A DNA stretch of 64,000 nucleotides, taken from IMG/VR virus record IMGVR_UViG_3300036770_007547, positions 1-64,000 of that record, one strand, 5' to 3'. The stretch's first letter is position 1, and every line of letters starts with the position of its first letter. The notes under the pieces were generated by a model. The model was not told the origin of the DNA and made no database searches. It saw only the letters and a list, made by a program, of their open reading frames with translations. Both the position numbers and the translations under genes were made by a program. Shown here piece by piece: positions 1-8,963 of this stretch.

Positions 1-407
1 TCCATGGTCAAAGGGTCACCGTCATTGAAGTCGGTCCACAAGGTACCGCCAATGAACAGATAGTCTCCGATGGTCCGGGTCTGTTTCTCCAGGAGGTACA
101 CATTGTGAAGATCTTGTTGATCCAGCATGCCCTGGATGCGGTCACGGCTCTTGCTGAAGTCGCCGTGATAGTGTTCGTGATTGCCCATGACCATGACCAC
201 GTGCGGGAACCGATCGCTGGCTCTGGCAAAGAAATCCCGGATGCGTTGGCTGCGAGCACCTTCAAACATGTTGTCAGCGTCAGGACTACCAACATCGGCA
301 GCCACGCAAATGTCACCGCTGAGGATCAACACATCCGCATCGTCGGGGTTTTCGATATAGAGATCTCCAAACTCGAGATGGAGATCACTGGTCACATACA
401 GTTTCAT
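1..407 (-). CDS. calcineurin-like metallophosphoesterase (truncated at window edge)
   Basis: Not in ORF track. Manual translation from ATG 407 gives MKLYVTSDLHLEFG...ILSGDIC...VMGNHEHY (DxH, GD, GNHE motifs). Confidence 0.9.
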   Translation of the reverse strand, partial: MKLYVTSDLHLEFGDLYIENPDDADVLILSGDICVAADVGSPDADNMFEGARSQRIRDFFARASDRFPHVVMVMGNHEHYHGDFSKSRDRIQGMLDQQDLHNVYLLEKQTRTIGDYLFIGGTLWTDFNDGDPLTM

Positions 408-754
408 TTCTGTGTCTGTTGCTGATAAAGTTGGTCAACGAGATCCGGTTCGCCAGATGCCAACACTGCTTGGCGTCCGGGGTAGCGATGTTGGAAACGC
501 TGTTCTATTTCACGCATGTCCTGCCCCTGGCATACAAAATCACCTGTGACAGCATTGTAGCACAAAACTTGTTGGTCGATCTTCTCCACATTCAACGCAA
601 TGAGATCGCCGCGTTTCAGAGCCGCACGGATCTGATCCTCTCGTAGCTGATCGGGGTCGTGAGCAGTCAAGGTTCGGCGATAGATCGCGGTCATGATCCA
701 ATTGGCCAGTACAGCCGAAGCCAGAGTATTAAAGATGAATGCCAACATGTCCAT
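404..754 (-). CDS. hypothetical protein with N-terminal TM helix
   Basis: Start trimmed to MDMLAF, 5 nt after TAAATA; ATGA overlap with next gene. Confidence 0.7.
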   Translation of the reverse strand: MDMLAFIFNTLASAVLANWIMTAIYRRTLTAHDPDQLREDQIRAALKRGDLIALNVEKIDQQVLCYNAVTGDFVCQGQDMREIEQRFQHRYPGRQAVLASGEPDLVDQLYQQQTQK

Positions 755-758
755 GCCC

Positions 759-1571
759 TTATTTAATCGCGGCTCTGAGGCCGTAACTGTGATACAAGTC
801 CTGTGTATGCGTCCAATATTGGTCGATGGCCAAAGGATCCACATTATACCTGTGCTGTAGCCAGTGATCGATATAACCTTGCTGGAGCCAGTTCAGGGCC
901 GGTACTGGCACAGATTCGCCAGCTTCAATGCATTGTAGCATATCTTCCACGGGTTTGTCAATGGAAAAATAGCGATTGTTGGCGCGGAAATGAATCATAA
1001 ATGGTTCGGCTGCCGACGGATCTGAATCGAGTCCAAGATCCGTTAACACATGGTCACACCAGTCGACCACAGATCCATCATAGAAACTTTCAAAGTCCAT
1101 CTCATAGCGCGGTATGATTTGTGTGCTATTTTTTACCCATGACTGGATCGTGGCCCCATCGCGATCAAAAAAGCACAACCGAGCCCAATCACGCAAGGCT
1201 CGATCATTGATTTCTCCGTCGGCGATCCTGCACAAATCGGGCCAGAAAAAACTCATTATGGGATGTGAACCCAGTTTATCTTGTGTGTCCTTGGCCAAAT
1301 CTTCGAGCACGAGATCGCCGCCATTGGTCCTAGAAATGCACATGGCCACATATTTGAGATAACTGCGAGGTGCCACGTTTATCCTGATACAGTCAGCATT
1401 GGTGCCTGTGGAATGATGGATGTCCACAAAAGGTGCCTGGCCCGAATCTACGCTGTCATAGATGGCACCTCGTGGTTGCTGCACTGTATAACCGGCCATG
1501 ACCGATAGCAAACAGCGCAAAAGATTTCCATGAGCACCGCTGGGATAGGTGATATAGATAGGAGCAGTCAC
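759..1571 (-). CDS. hypothetical protein, possibly sulfotransferase-like fold
   Basis: 270-aa ORF; N-terminal YPSGAHGNLL loop; function is a guess. Confidence 0.55.
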   Translation of the reverse strand: MTAPIYITYPSGAHGNLLRCLLSVMAGYTVQQPRGAIYDSVDSGQAPFVDIHHSTGTNADCIRINVAPRSYLKYVAMCISRTNGGDLVLEDLAKDTQDKLGSHPIMSFFWPDLCRIADGEINDRALRDWARLCFFDRDGATIQSWVKNSTQIIPRYEMDFESFYDGSVVDWCDHVLTDLGLDSDPSAAEPFMIHFRANNRYFSIDKPVEDMLQCIEAGESVPVPALNWLQQGYIDHWLQHRYNVDPLAIDQYWTHTQDLYHSYGLRAAIK

Positions 1572-1846
1572 GTCTGCCGCATGGATTCCATGGTTATCAT
1601 CTTGCCCAGTTCGCGATCAAAGTCCTGGTCATCAGTGATGATGTAGTGGCGCTCGTTGCTCTCGTCTCGACGTCGGTCATAGGTACGGAAGCTGACCACG
1701 CTGCCACCTATCACCCGTTTCACCGTGACTCGCAGGCCGTCGCTCCAGGCGGGTGATTCTTCGCAGGTTGTCAGAATCTGAGCCTTTTCTTCTTCGTTGC
1801 GCACGTCTTGTACCCAACGATAGATCCGTCGTTTAAGCCATTTCAT
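1568..1846 (-). CDS. hypothetical phage protein
   Basis: GGAG RBS before MKWLKRR; ATGA coupling to next gene. Confidence 0.7.
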   Translation of the reverse strand: MKWLKRRIYRWVQDVRNEEEKAQILTTCEESPAWSDGLRVTVKRVIGGSVVSFRTYDRRRDESNERHYIITDDQDFDRELGKMITMESMRQT

Positions 1847-1910
1847 CGCTGTCTCCGTGATATATACCTTGTGTAATGTTAACACAAATCAATATGCCAG
1901 TCAACTGATT

Positions 1911-3077
1911 ATGAGCTACGATCCCCGAACCTACTGTTGGTACGCATTCTCGGCCTATGACAGCAATCACAAATACTGCTGCTGTGTGGGTCGCGGCAAT
2001 TACCAAAACTGGACCCAACTCACCCAATCACCAAAGATACTGGAAATACGACAAAGCATCCAGCAGGGCCAACAGCATCCCGATTGCGAGCCGTGCTGGC
2101 GAGCTGAATCACTGGGGGCTGTGAGCACTCGGCAAGGCAGTTTGCAATGGGTGGATCGAACCATGCCCGAGGGTAACTATTATGATCCGCGCCTCAGGGC
2201 TATTTGGTTGGATACCGGCACTGCCTGCAATCTGTCTTGTCGTACTTGTAATGCTGAATGGAGCTCATCACTGGTGCGTGAATTTCGTGATCGATGGCCA
2301 GGCGCCACCCCGCCGCCGGTGCAGCAAGCCGATCTTGACTATTTGTTGGTCGAAGATTTTTCGGATCTACACTCAGTGATTGTCATCGGTGGGGAGCCTT
2401 TCCTGAACATCAAATATGCCGCAGTGTTAGAACGCATGGTTCAGCAGGGGCATGCAGGTCATATCAAAATCACCTCCTTTACCAATGGCACCCATGCCAT
2501 ACCTGCTCGATTGTTGGCACTAGCACCCAATTTTGAAAATTTCAATATTTTGGTCAGCGTGGACGGCGTAGGTCCTGCGTTTGATTACATACGCACCGGT
2601 GGTCGCTGGTCAGAGGTGGACCGAAACATCGGCCAGTTTTTTGATCTCAGAGACCACAACATCCTGGTAATGTTTACCACTGTGATCAGTGCGCTCAATG
2701 TGCTGACACTGCCACGCATCTATGACTATTTCTTGAGTCGTTTCCGAGTGCCCGACATTGGTGGCCCCGCGGAATGGCTGGAAGGTCGGGCCCTCTATCA
2801 AGAGGTTTTGGAGCGCGGGTGGATGGTCAACACTGTGTTACAGCAACCCAGTCATTATACCTTTGAGATGTTCACAGAATCACAGAAACAACAGATACGT
2901 CAGGCCTTGGTGCATCCTTACTATGATTTTGCTCCGGTACTGGCGGCCTTGGACCAGAGTCAACATCGTCCCGAACTGCTGGAGAAATTCTGGCAAGAAG
3001 CAGCTTGGACCCGTCACTATCACGGTCTTCATATCCGAGATCACTTGCCCGAATTGATGGCACTGTTGGAGTCATAA
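1911..3077 (+). CDS. radical SAM protein with N-terminal Cys-rich (twitch/SPASM-like) region
   Basis: CNLSCRTC (CxxxCxxC), GGEPF, TNGT, SVDG; extra Cys in YCW, YCCC, CEPCW. Confidence 0.9.
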   Translation: MSYDPRTYCWYAFSAYDSNHKYCCCVGRGNYQNWTQLTQSPKILEIRQSIQQGQQHPDCEPCWRAESLGAVSTRQGSLQWVDRTMPEGNYYDPRLRAIWLDTGTACNLSCRTCNAEWSSSLVREFRDRWPGATPPPVQQADLDYLLVEDFSDLHSVIVIGGEPFLNIKYAAVLERMVQQGHAGHIKITSFTNGTHAIPARLLALAPNFENFNILVSVDGVGPAFDYIRTGGRWSEVDRNIGQFFDLRDHNILVMFTTVISALNVLTLPRIYDYFLSRFRVPDIGGPAEWLEGRALYQEVLERGWMVNTVLQQPSHYTFEMFTESQKQQIRQALVHPYYDFAPVLAALDQSQHRPELLEKFWQEAAWTRHYHGLHIRDHLPELMALLES

Positions 3078-3101
3078 AAAAGCCTCCATTGCGGAGGCTT
3101 T
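3076..3101 (-). terminator. intrinsic terminator between convergent genes
   Basis: Minus strand AAAGCCTCC-GCAA-TGGAGGCTTTTTT. Confidence 0.8.
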
Positions 3102-3136
3102 GTGCGAGTGCCCTGGGGGACAGGGCAGCGAATCGC

Positions 3137-3403
3137 TTAGACCAGGCCCATGGCGATGGCCTTGTAGCCAGCAGCCACGAGGCGCCGACTGGGCTTGCCG
3201 ATCACATACTCGGTGACCTGTACGCCATTACCGGCCTTGCGGTTGTTGGCATACACAGCGTAGCCAGCGTGACGGATACGGCTGACCTCGGCTGAGAGGT
3301 TCTTGACACCAAACCGCTTGCTGGCGGCTGCGGGAGTCAGTGCTTCACCGTTGTAGAGAGCTTGGAAAACCTTGAAGGTCTTGGTTTCGGGATTGAATCG
3401 CAT
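3137..3403 (-). CDS. small winged-helix DNA-binding protein
   Basis: AAAGGA RBS; HTH-like LTPAAASKRFGVKNLSAEVSRIRHAGY; upstream TTGACA-N17-TATACT. Confidence 0.7.
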   Translation of the reverse strand: MRFNPETKTFKVFQALYNGEALTPAAASKRFGVKNLSAEVSRIRHAGYAVYANNRKAGNGVQVTEYVIGKPSRRLVAAGYKAIAMGLV

Positions 3404-3493
3404 GTGAGTCCTTTCTTGATCAAAGTTGGCTGTTGTGTAACAGCGTGTGTTAAGTATATGACACCTAGCACTGTGTGTCAAACTTTGTTTTGC

Positions 3494-4156
3494 CTAACTC
3501 TGCGATTTAGGCACAGTGCTCCAGACGATGATGGCTCGTTTTTTGTCAAGGCCATGCCCGGGAAAATCATCGCTGACATGGAAGCACCTACGATCTGCCG
3601 CAAAAAGACTGCCAGCGCGCCAGGCAAAAACCGCTGCGGGCGTGAGCCAGCGCAGGTCCAAACGATCTACATGGGTGAGATAGCGTTGATGAAACTCATC
3701 ATCGATGTCATGTGGTTTGGGATCAGTGGCTCGCACCCAATCGCCCACGGTTTTGATGTGATCATGTGCCTGCTCAAAAACGATGGTGTGGCTATCATAG
3801 TCTTCCAAGGGAATGATAAAGGTCCAGGCAGCATCTCGACTGCCATTTGGATCAAATCCGGCACTCATGACATCGGTGTGAATACCATATGGTGCCCGTG
3901 CATCCAGTACATGGGCCACATCCAATGTTAGATCTTGCCTAAATTCCCGGCGCAATCGAGTCTGCAAGACATCGAACAAGGCCGAATGGCGAGGATGACT
4001 GGACAAAAACGGATAGATTATGGCACTGTGCCCGGCACTGGAACCCCGATCATAGACTATGCTGTTGGGGTCTGCTTGATCTACTATCTGTGTTCTTGCA
4101 AGAGACAGCTCTTGCTCTGACAGGAATCCAGGTATGACACGATGTGGGAAGCGCAT
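3494..4156 (-). CDS. 2OG-Fe(II) oxygenase-like protein
   Basis: HxD (IHTD), distal His (FHVS), KRAI. Confidence 0.6.
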   Translation of the reverse strand: MRFPHRVIPGFLSEQELSLARTQIVDQADPNSIVYDRGSSAGHSAIIYPFLSSHPRHSALFDVLQTRLRREFRQDLTLDVAHVLDARAPYGIHTDVMSAGFDPNGSRDAAWTFIIPLEDYDSHTIVFEQAHDHIKTVGDWVRATDPKPHDIDDEFHQRYLTHVDRLDLRWLTPAAVFAWRAGSLFAADRRCFHVSDDFPGHGLDKKRAIIVWSTVPKSQS

Positions 4157-4164
4157 GCAGGTAT

Positions 4165-4560
4165 TTAACCGGCACGCTCAGTGACATGCCGACAATTACG
4201 ACGGAACTGCCAACCTGCACAGGTACAGGACCAGCCGGCAGCGTTTTTAGTAACGGTATAGACATTGCCACGGCTGCCCGGCACTTGCCAAGTTTGCACA
4301 GCGGTGTTGATGGTGCGGCCCTGCCCGGTCACGAATCGCAGGCCACGCACCAGGCTCATGTTGATCACTCGCACCGGCCAGGTCGAGTCACCGGTCATGC
4401 AGAACTCGCGATCAGTGAGCCAGCGGTGCGGCGCCAGTACTTCTCCACGCCAGACCGTCAGGCCTGGTCCCGGGGGTATCTGGCCCGATGCTTGAGGATT
4501 GGCCACAGTGACTTCGATGTGAGCACCCACTTCGGGCACGATCATGCTGGTCTGGCTCAT
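4165..4560 (-). CDS. SWIM zinc-finger protein
   Basis: GNVYTV...WSCTC...RRNCRHV (CxC...CxH). Confidence 0.75.
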   Translation of the reverse strand: MSQTSMIVPEVGAHIEVTVANPQASGQIPPGPGLTVWRGEVLAPHRWLTDREFCMTGDSTWPVRVINMSLVRGLRFVTGQGRTINTAVQTWQVPGSRGNVYTVTKNAAGWSCTCAGWQFRRNCRHVTERAG

Positions 4561-4679
4561 GCTACCAAGATCCAGTACAGGCTCAGTGGAACAGCATAGT
4601 AGGCCACGGCACGGGTAGCCGTGCTGAGCGCTTCTTGAATCCATCCAGCTACAATGAGTTGATGTTCCATGTCGGTCAT
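4557..4679 (-). CDS. 40-aa small membrane protein
   Basis: Below ORF-track cutoff; GGAG RBS; hydrophobic C-terminus; ATGA coupling. Confidence 0.5.
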   Translation of the reverse strand: MTDMEHQLIVAGWIQEALSTATRAVAYYAVPLSLYWILVA

Positions 4680-4680
4680 G

Positions 4681-5055
4681 CTAGGCTCCTTGATATCCGT
4701 AGTGTTGGGCATCGAGATCTGCGGCCGTGTTCATCCAAGCTCGTGGGTCCTGGATGCCGGCATCGGGGTAGAGCACTCGAGCCGGGTAGCGGATCTCGCC
4801 TTCGTATTCCAGTTGATCGCGCTCGTAGTCGGTGATGTGGTCGTCCTCAACCAGGCTCCAATCCACGATGTACTCCTCGGTCATGGCATCGGAGTACTCG
4901 ATCTGGTCACGCACTTGATCAACCAGCCGACCAGGTGCCACCTTTAATGGATCCACGCTCAGGATGAAGTAGTCCTCGCTGCCCTTGAATTTCCAGTAGG
5001 GCTCTTCGGGTGTGCCATAGTTCTCTCGATATTGTGTGGTGATCAGGATCTTCAT
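4681..5055 (-). CDS. hypothetical early phage protein
   Basis: AAGGAG RBS; acidic 124-aa ORF. Confidence 0.8.
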   Translation of the reverse strand: MKILITTQYRENYGTPEEPYWKFKGSEDYFILSVDPLKVAPGRLVDQVRDQIEYSDAMTEEYIVDWSLVEDDHITDYERDQLEYEGEIRYPARVLYPDAGIQDPRAWMNTAADLDAQHYGYQGA

Positions 5056-5064
5056 GAGTGCTCC

Positions 5065-5292
5065 TTAGGCGACAAAATCGTAGACAAAAGTGTAGTCGGT
5101 TTGGTAGGATCCAGCCACGCTCATCCGTACGCGATGACCAGCAGACTTGAGCAGAGCCCGGATCTCTCGTCCTTCATCGGGCATGGCACCGGTCACAAAC
5201 AAGGTACCGTTGTCGAACTCGGCACGCATGCCCGAATCCAGACGGCCGGCTATGATTTTGAGCACTTGGGTTTCGAACTTTGCTGGGGTCAT
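5065..5292 (-). CDS. hypothetical early phage protein
   Basis: GGAG RBS directly downstream of cassette promoter. Confidence 0.7.
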   Translation of the reverse strand: MTPAKFETQVLKIIAGRLDSGMRAEFDNGTLFVTGAMPDEGREIRALLKSAGHRVRMSVAGSYQTDYTFVYDFVA

Positions 5293-5322
5293 GGTTGGCT
5301 CCATATCGTTTACTATACCTAT

Positions 5323-5353
5323 ATTATACGAAATAGCCAATTTCTGGTCAACC
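5323..5353 (-). promoter_or_regulatory. early promoter cassette, copy 1
   Basis: GGTTGACC-N17-TATAAT. Confidence 0.85.
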
Positions 5354-5360
5354 GGCGTTT

Positions 5361-5639
5361 TTACACGGTTTGATCAGCTGGTTTTTTGAGCTGATGCCAG
5401 GTGAGATTTCGTTGGGCTTCGGCGGTGCCGTCGCGGAACTGGGCTAGATAGCGTTCACGCTGGCCGCGGGGTAGGTCCTGCAACATGCCCTTGATCATGC
5501 TCTGCAGGTATCCGGCTATGTAAGGCCAGGCCGAGGTCCGGTCTCCCCAGCTCGCGGCCTCGGCCTGTCGCACTGACTCGGACCAGGCATCCACGGTTTC
5601 TGATATTTCCTGGTACTGTTTGACGAAGTCGCGTGGCAT
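5361..5639 (-). CDS. hypothetical phage protein
   Basis: Start trimmed to MPRDFV; in minus-strand array. Confidence 0.7.
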   Translation of the reverse strand: MPRDFVKQYQEISETVDAWSESVRQAEAASWGDRTSAWPYIAGYLQSMIKGMLQDLPRGQRERYLAQFRDGTAEAQRNLTWHQLKKPADQTV

Positions 5640-5641
5640 GA

Positions 5642-5842
5642 CTATCCCTTGAAGGCCACCAAGGCCTGCAGGCACTCCCACTGCCCCCAGGTAAATGATG
5701 TCACACGGTCGTTGACAGTGACATCGAAGCCTTCACCGTTGTGCCACTCCGCGACTTCCATGAAGTCATGCTCACCAGCGGTATGGTCATAGGCACGCAG
5801 TTCGGTGAATCGGGCCTGGCGTTGGTATGTTTCCATGATCAT
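5642..5842 (-). CDS. hypothetical phage protein
   Basis: Coupled by GGAGTTGAATGA junction. Confidence 0.75.
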   Translation of the reverse strand: MIMETYQRQARFTELRAYDHTAGEHDFMEVAEWHNGEGFDVTVNDRVTSFTWGQWECLQALVAFKG

Positions 5843-6054
5843 TCAACTCCAAAATGTTCTTTGACATAACGATCGACCTGCTTGGTGATATCTTCTTCAC
5901 TCTCCAGATCAAGATAACGCCTGTAGAAATCTACGATAGATTCTCTTACGATCAACTCGGCGAACTTTTCAATATCCATCATTGCTGGCACAGCAGAATC
6001 ACCCCATTCACCCGCGCCCGCCTGTATAGCAAGTTCTCGGATTCGTTGGTTCAT
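5839..6054 (-). CDS. small MNxRI...EKFAELIVRE...HFGVE protein, copy A
   Basis: Paralog of 6284-6501. Confidence 0.8.
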   Translation of the reverse strand: MNQRIRELAIQAGAGEWGDSAVPAMMDIEKFAELIVRESIVDFYRRYLDLESEEDITKQVDRYVKEHFGVE

Positions 6055-6194
6055 CGGTAATCACTCCATCGCAGCCGTTTGATCCGCCAATCCATCCACA
6101 CTCCTTGAACGACCTTACTTTCACACAGCCACCAGGAACTATGATCAAGACCCATACCACCTGGGATATAACACACTCGGAAATGATCCATCAT
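6051..6194 (-). CDS. 47-aa Trp-rich hypothetical protein
   Basis: Manual ORF MMDHFRVCY...WSDYR; GGAG RBS; ATGA overlap. Confidence 0.55.
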   Translation of the reverse strand: MMDHFRVCYIPGGMGLDHSSWWLCESKVVQGVWMDWRIKRLRWSDYR

Positions 6195-6197
6195 TCT

Positions 6198-6287
6198 TCA
6201 ACTCCTTTTTCTTCCAAAATAAACACCCCAAGTAAAAACAACAAAGGTATAAGTTAATAGAATGAAAATTTTATACCATTCCATCAT
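6198..6287 (-). CDS. 29-aa single-TM peptide
   Basis: Manual ORF MMEWYKIFILLTYTFVVFTWGVYFGRKRS; coupled to upstream stop. Confidence 0.5.
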   Translation of the reverse strand: MMEWYKIFILLTYTFVVFTWGVYFGRKRS

Positions 6288-6501
6288 TCAACTCCGAAAT
6301 GATTTCTAATATGTTGAGCCGGGTCCCAATGGAGTTCGTTATGCTTTTGATACCACTCATCAGCGGCACTACAACATTCTCGAACAATCAACTCGGCGAA
6401 CTTTTCAACATCTAAATCTAATGTTCCATAGTCAATCCAATCAGAGCGTTGCATAGTGGTTGCTCCGGCCTGTTCAGCAAGTAGTCGAATTCGTTCGTTC
6501 A
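6284..6501 (-). CDS. small MNxRI...EKFAELIVRE...HFGVE protein, copy B
   Basis: Start trimmed to about MNERIR; paralog of 5839-6054. Confidence 0.75.
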
Positions 6502-6565
6502 TCATGATTCCTTCCCGGCTCGATCTTGGCACTCTTGCCAGGTCCGGGCCAGACACTCTTGCCAT

Positions 6566-6772
6566 TCAAGTGCGGTCATGGTCTTGGTCCTCGCACTCTT
6601 CGGTGATGTAGTCATTGCGGCGAGCAAACTCGGCCACATCAGCCTCGCTCATCCAGCCCAGAGCATCACGGGCCAGGCTTTCCCAATCGATCACGCCCTG
6701 CTCTGCAAGATCCAGGAGAGCCACAGTGGCCCTGCGGCTCTGGCGCGCATGTTTGGCACTCCAGGTCATCAT
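6566..6772 (-). CDS. hypothetical early phage protein
   Basis: GGAGG RBS; ATGA overlap. Confidence 0.7.
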   Translation of the reverse strand: MMTWSAKHARQSRRATVALLDLAEQGVIDWESLARDALGWMSEADVAEFARRNDYITEECEDQDHDRT

Positions 6773-7035
6773 ACCTCCAGCATGTTGCAAGGCACTCGAT
6801 AACGACCACTGGCAGTACGCACCACGGCGTTCTTGATCTTGATGGACTCCACAGTGCCGGTAACCCGGTGTCCCACGCGGTCCCGGAAGTACACAGTGAG
6901 ACCTGGTGTCAGTTCCCGGCGCACTTCACGTCCCAGCTGGGCCCGGGCAGATTGGATGGCCATGAACATGTTGTCGATGTCGGCATTGGTGAATGTGCCG
7001 GTGCGGATCTCACGGATGATGTCTTGGGCTGTCAT
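6769..7035 (-). CDS. hypothetical protein with SH3-like C-terminus
   Basis: AGGAG RBS; beta-rich GTVESIKIKNAVV...YRVP. Confidence 0.7.
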   Translation of the reverse strand: MTAQDIIREIRTGTFTNADIDNMFMAIQSARAQLGREVRRELTPGLTVYFRDRVGHRVTGTVESIKIKNAVVRTASGRYRVPCNMLEV

Positions 7036-7036
7036 C

Positions 7037-7270
7037 TTACCACTCCTTCTGATCAAACGGTGTGTCGCGATAGCCCGCGGTGTAGGCTATGATCTCGTCG
7101 GCGGTCATGTCAGCCAGGCCTACTCGCTCACTGGCATAGGTGTCGCCGCGGAAGAGGTGTGGGTCAAACGCACGACCATACCAAGCATCGGCACTGCCGC
7201 GGTCATAGGCACCGCCATGTCGCCGGTCGTAGAGTTCAGTGGTGTCAATGGTCTCAATTGTGTCAGTCAT
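7037..7270 (-). CDS. hypothetical early phage protein (RHGGAYDRGSAD motif)
   Basis: AAGGAG RBS downstream of cassette promoter. Confidence 0.8.
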   Translation of the reverse strand: MTDTIETIDTTELYDRRHGGAYDRGSADAWYGRAFDPHLFRGDTYASERVGLADMTADEIIAYTAGYRDTPFDQKEW

Positions 7271-7300
7271 TGCCAGCTCCTTTTGCTTACTGTATATCTT

Positions 7301-7331
7301 ATTATATCAAAAACACCATTTCTGGTCAACC
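7301..7331 (-). promoter_or_regulatory. early promoter cassette, copy 2
   Basis: GGTTGACC-N17-TATAAT; leader ACAGTAAGCAAAAGGAGC. Confidence 0.85.
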
Positions 7332-7577
7332 AAAAGTCTTCCAGGTGATCTCTTGATAGACCTTGTAGCCAGCGCTCTCCAGGAGGTTCACTGCTCTCTG
7401 AATTTCGCGCCGATGGTCTGCTGCCAGCTCAAGGCCCTCACGGGCCTCTTTCAGCGTAGGGGCCAGACCCATACGATTCTCTCCATTGGCCTTGAAGAAG
7501 TAGCCGCTCTCGCCGCCAGTCTCTGCTTTGGTGGCTTTGCGGATGGTGCCCAAGTCTTTGTAATTCTCTCCACGCAT
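7326..7577 (-). CDS. hypothetical early phage protein
   Basis: AAGGAG RBS; stop TGA lies inside the next -35 box. Confidence 0.75.
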   Translation of the reverse strand: MRGENYKDLGTIRKATKAETGGESGYFFKANGENRMGLAPTLKEAREGLELAADHRREIQRAVNLLESAGYKVYQEITWKTFG

Positions 7578-7607
7578 TTCTCGCTCCTTTTGCTTACTGT
7601 ATGCGTT

Positions 7608-7639
7608 ATTATATGAAAAAGATCCATTTCTGGTCAACC
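7608..7639 (-). promoter_or_regulatory. early promoter cassette, copy 3
   Basis: GGTTGACC-N18-TATAAT; same leader as copy 2. Confidence 0.85.
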
Positions 7640-7640
7640 G

Positions 7641-7916
7641 CTAGAGTTCGTAGATCCGAACAGTGGGATCTACAGCCATGAGCTGTCGGGCGGCCTGGGC
7701 CAGGAACTGATACTTGCGTCGGGCTTCGGCCGCCGAGATCTCACCATCGCAGTGCAGATTCTCGGGACTGAGTCTGCTGTCGATCAGTTCAGCGATGGTC
7801 TGGCGATCTTGGGCGTTCCGGATGCTGAGTTTTGGGTGTCCAAAGATGTCAGCGAACTGGTTTTCGCGCTCGACGAATGCTTCTAGACTGGTGGTGCGTT
7901 TGCCTCGGTATGCCAT
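7641..7916 (-). CDS. hypothetical early phage protein (LSPENLHCDGE motif)
   Basis: AAGGAG RBS downstream of cassette promoter. Confidence 0.8.
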   Translation of the reverse strand: MAYRGKRTTSLEAFVERENQFADIFGHPKLSIRNAQDRQTIAELIDSRLSPENLHCDGEISAAEARRKYQFLAQAARQLMAVDPTVRIYEL

Positions 7917-7946
7917 GTCTTGCTCCTTGTTGTTCACTATACTCGT

Positions 7947-7977
7947 ATTATATGAAAATGGCCTTTTCTGGTCAACC
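7947..7977 (-). promoter_or_regulatory. early promoter cassette, copy 4
   Basis: GGTTGACC-N17-TATAAT. Confidence 0.85.
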
Positions 7978-7982
7978 GCGAG

Positions 7983-7998
7983 GTTAGTGCGCACTAAC
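7983..7998. promoter_or_regulatory. perfect 16-bp palindrome, putative protein-binding site
   Basis: GTTAGTGCGCACTAAC; related copies at 32382, 32402 and 32858. Confidence 0.7.
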
Positions 7999-8086
7999 TC
8001 AGTAGAAACCATGACATTATGTGCGTTCGCACATAAATACCCATGCGAACACCCCTCGCATTCATATCACTCACAAGGAGATTCTA

Positions 8087-8230
8087 ATGACTGCTGTACT
8101 CAAACGATTTTGTTGTTTTCTGGAAAGCATAGGACGAGCTCGAGCTGCCACGGCCCTGAGCAATGCAGGTCTGCACAAAGAGGCCCGGGAACTGATGTTG
8201 GAACCTTGCACATGTGGTTGTCAAAAATAA
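8087..8230 (+). CDS. 47-aa small protein
   Basis: AAGGAG RBS; CATAAATA upstream. Confidence 0.65.
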   Translation: MTAVLKRFCCFLESIGRARAATALSNAGLHKEARELMLEPCTCGCQK

Positions 8231-8361
8231 TCGGTTGGTTGGGCAACAATTATGCCCGTAGCCTAGACCAATATCTGGCCCAACATCAACCCAAGAATCT
8301 CTATGACATCGAGCGTCTCACACGCGAACATGATCGAAGACTGTGCAACGGATATAGGTAG
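8212..8361 (+). CDS. small DUF3563-like protein
   Basis: LDQYLAQHQPKNLYDIERLTREHDR resembles DUF3563 pattern from memory. Confidence 0.5.
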   Translation: MWLSKIIGWLGNNYARSLDQYLAQHQPKNLYDIERLTREHDRRLCNGYR

Positions 8362-8489
8362 CCACAGCATGCTCGGTCATCTTCCTGCGATTCGTTTTGC
8401 CGTTTCTGATGTGGTGCAAGAGTGGTATGCGCCCTGGGTCAAGCTCTACTATCAGCTCAGATACCAAGAACACTGGAGATGGTATTATC

Positions 8490-8963
8490 TCAATTGGGAA
8501 CAGAACCAGGAATTTTTGCCCTGACCGGAGTCAGCAACCATCCTTGGCCCTGGCATCGGTGCAACCATTGATAGAAACAAGGTGTGATCTCCAGTCTCCA
8601 ATCACCGTTCACACCCAAATAAGTGGTAGGACCAGGCTCTCCACCGTGCTCGTGTTCGTACACACTGAGATGTGAAAATTCAGACAACACATCTATGCCA
8701 TCCACTTCCACACGTCGCAACAGTATGGCGGTTTCTCGATCGCTGTGATAGATCTTGTGGCGCATGGAGATTTCTACAACAACCGGCTGATCGATGTGTA
8801 CCCGAGTGCTCAACTCCAAGGGTCCTTGGATCCAGTCGTCGTACAAAACGTCTCCGCTCACTGCCACTCGAGTCCAAGGTTCACCATTGTCGACCCGGAC
8901 ATCAAGTTCGATGTTTACAGGAAGCCAGATCTCAGTAGCCAGCAGTTGTGAGAAATTGTTCAT
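8490..8963 (-). CDS. hypothetical protein
   Basis: 157-aa beta-rich ORF downstream of radical SAM gene. Confidence 0.65.
   Translation of the reverse strand: MNNFSQLLATEIWLPVNIELDVRVDNGEPWTRVAVSGDVLYDDWIQGPLELSTRVHIDQPVVVEISMRHKIYHSDRETAILLRRVEVDGIDVLSEFSHLSVYEHEHGGEPGPTTYLGVNGDWRLEITPCFYQWLHRCQGQGWLLTPVRAKIPGSVPN

Noticed and set aside
5323-7977. CRISPR array from repeated ...TCTGGTCAACC
   Set aside because: Spacing is 300-2000 bp with genes between copies; the repeats are promoters.
7983-7998. parS site
   Set aside because: Does not match TGTTNCACGTGAAACA.
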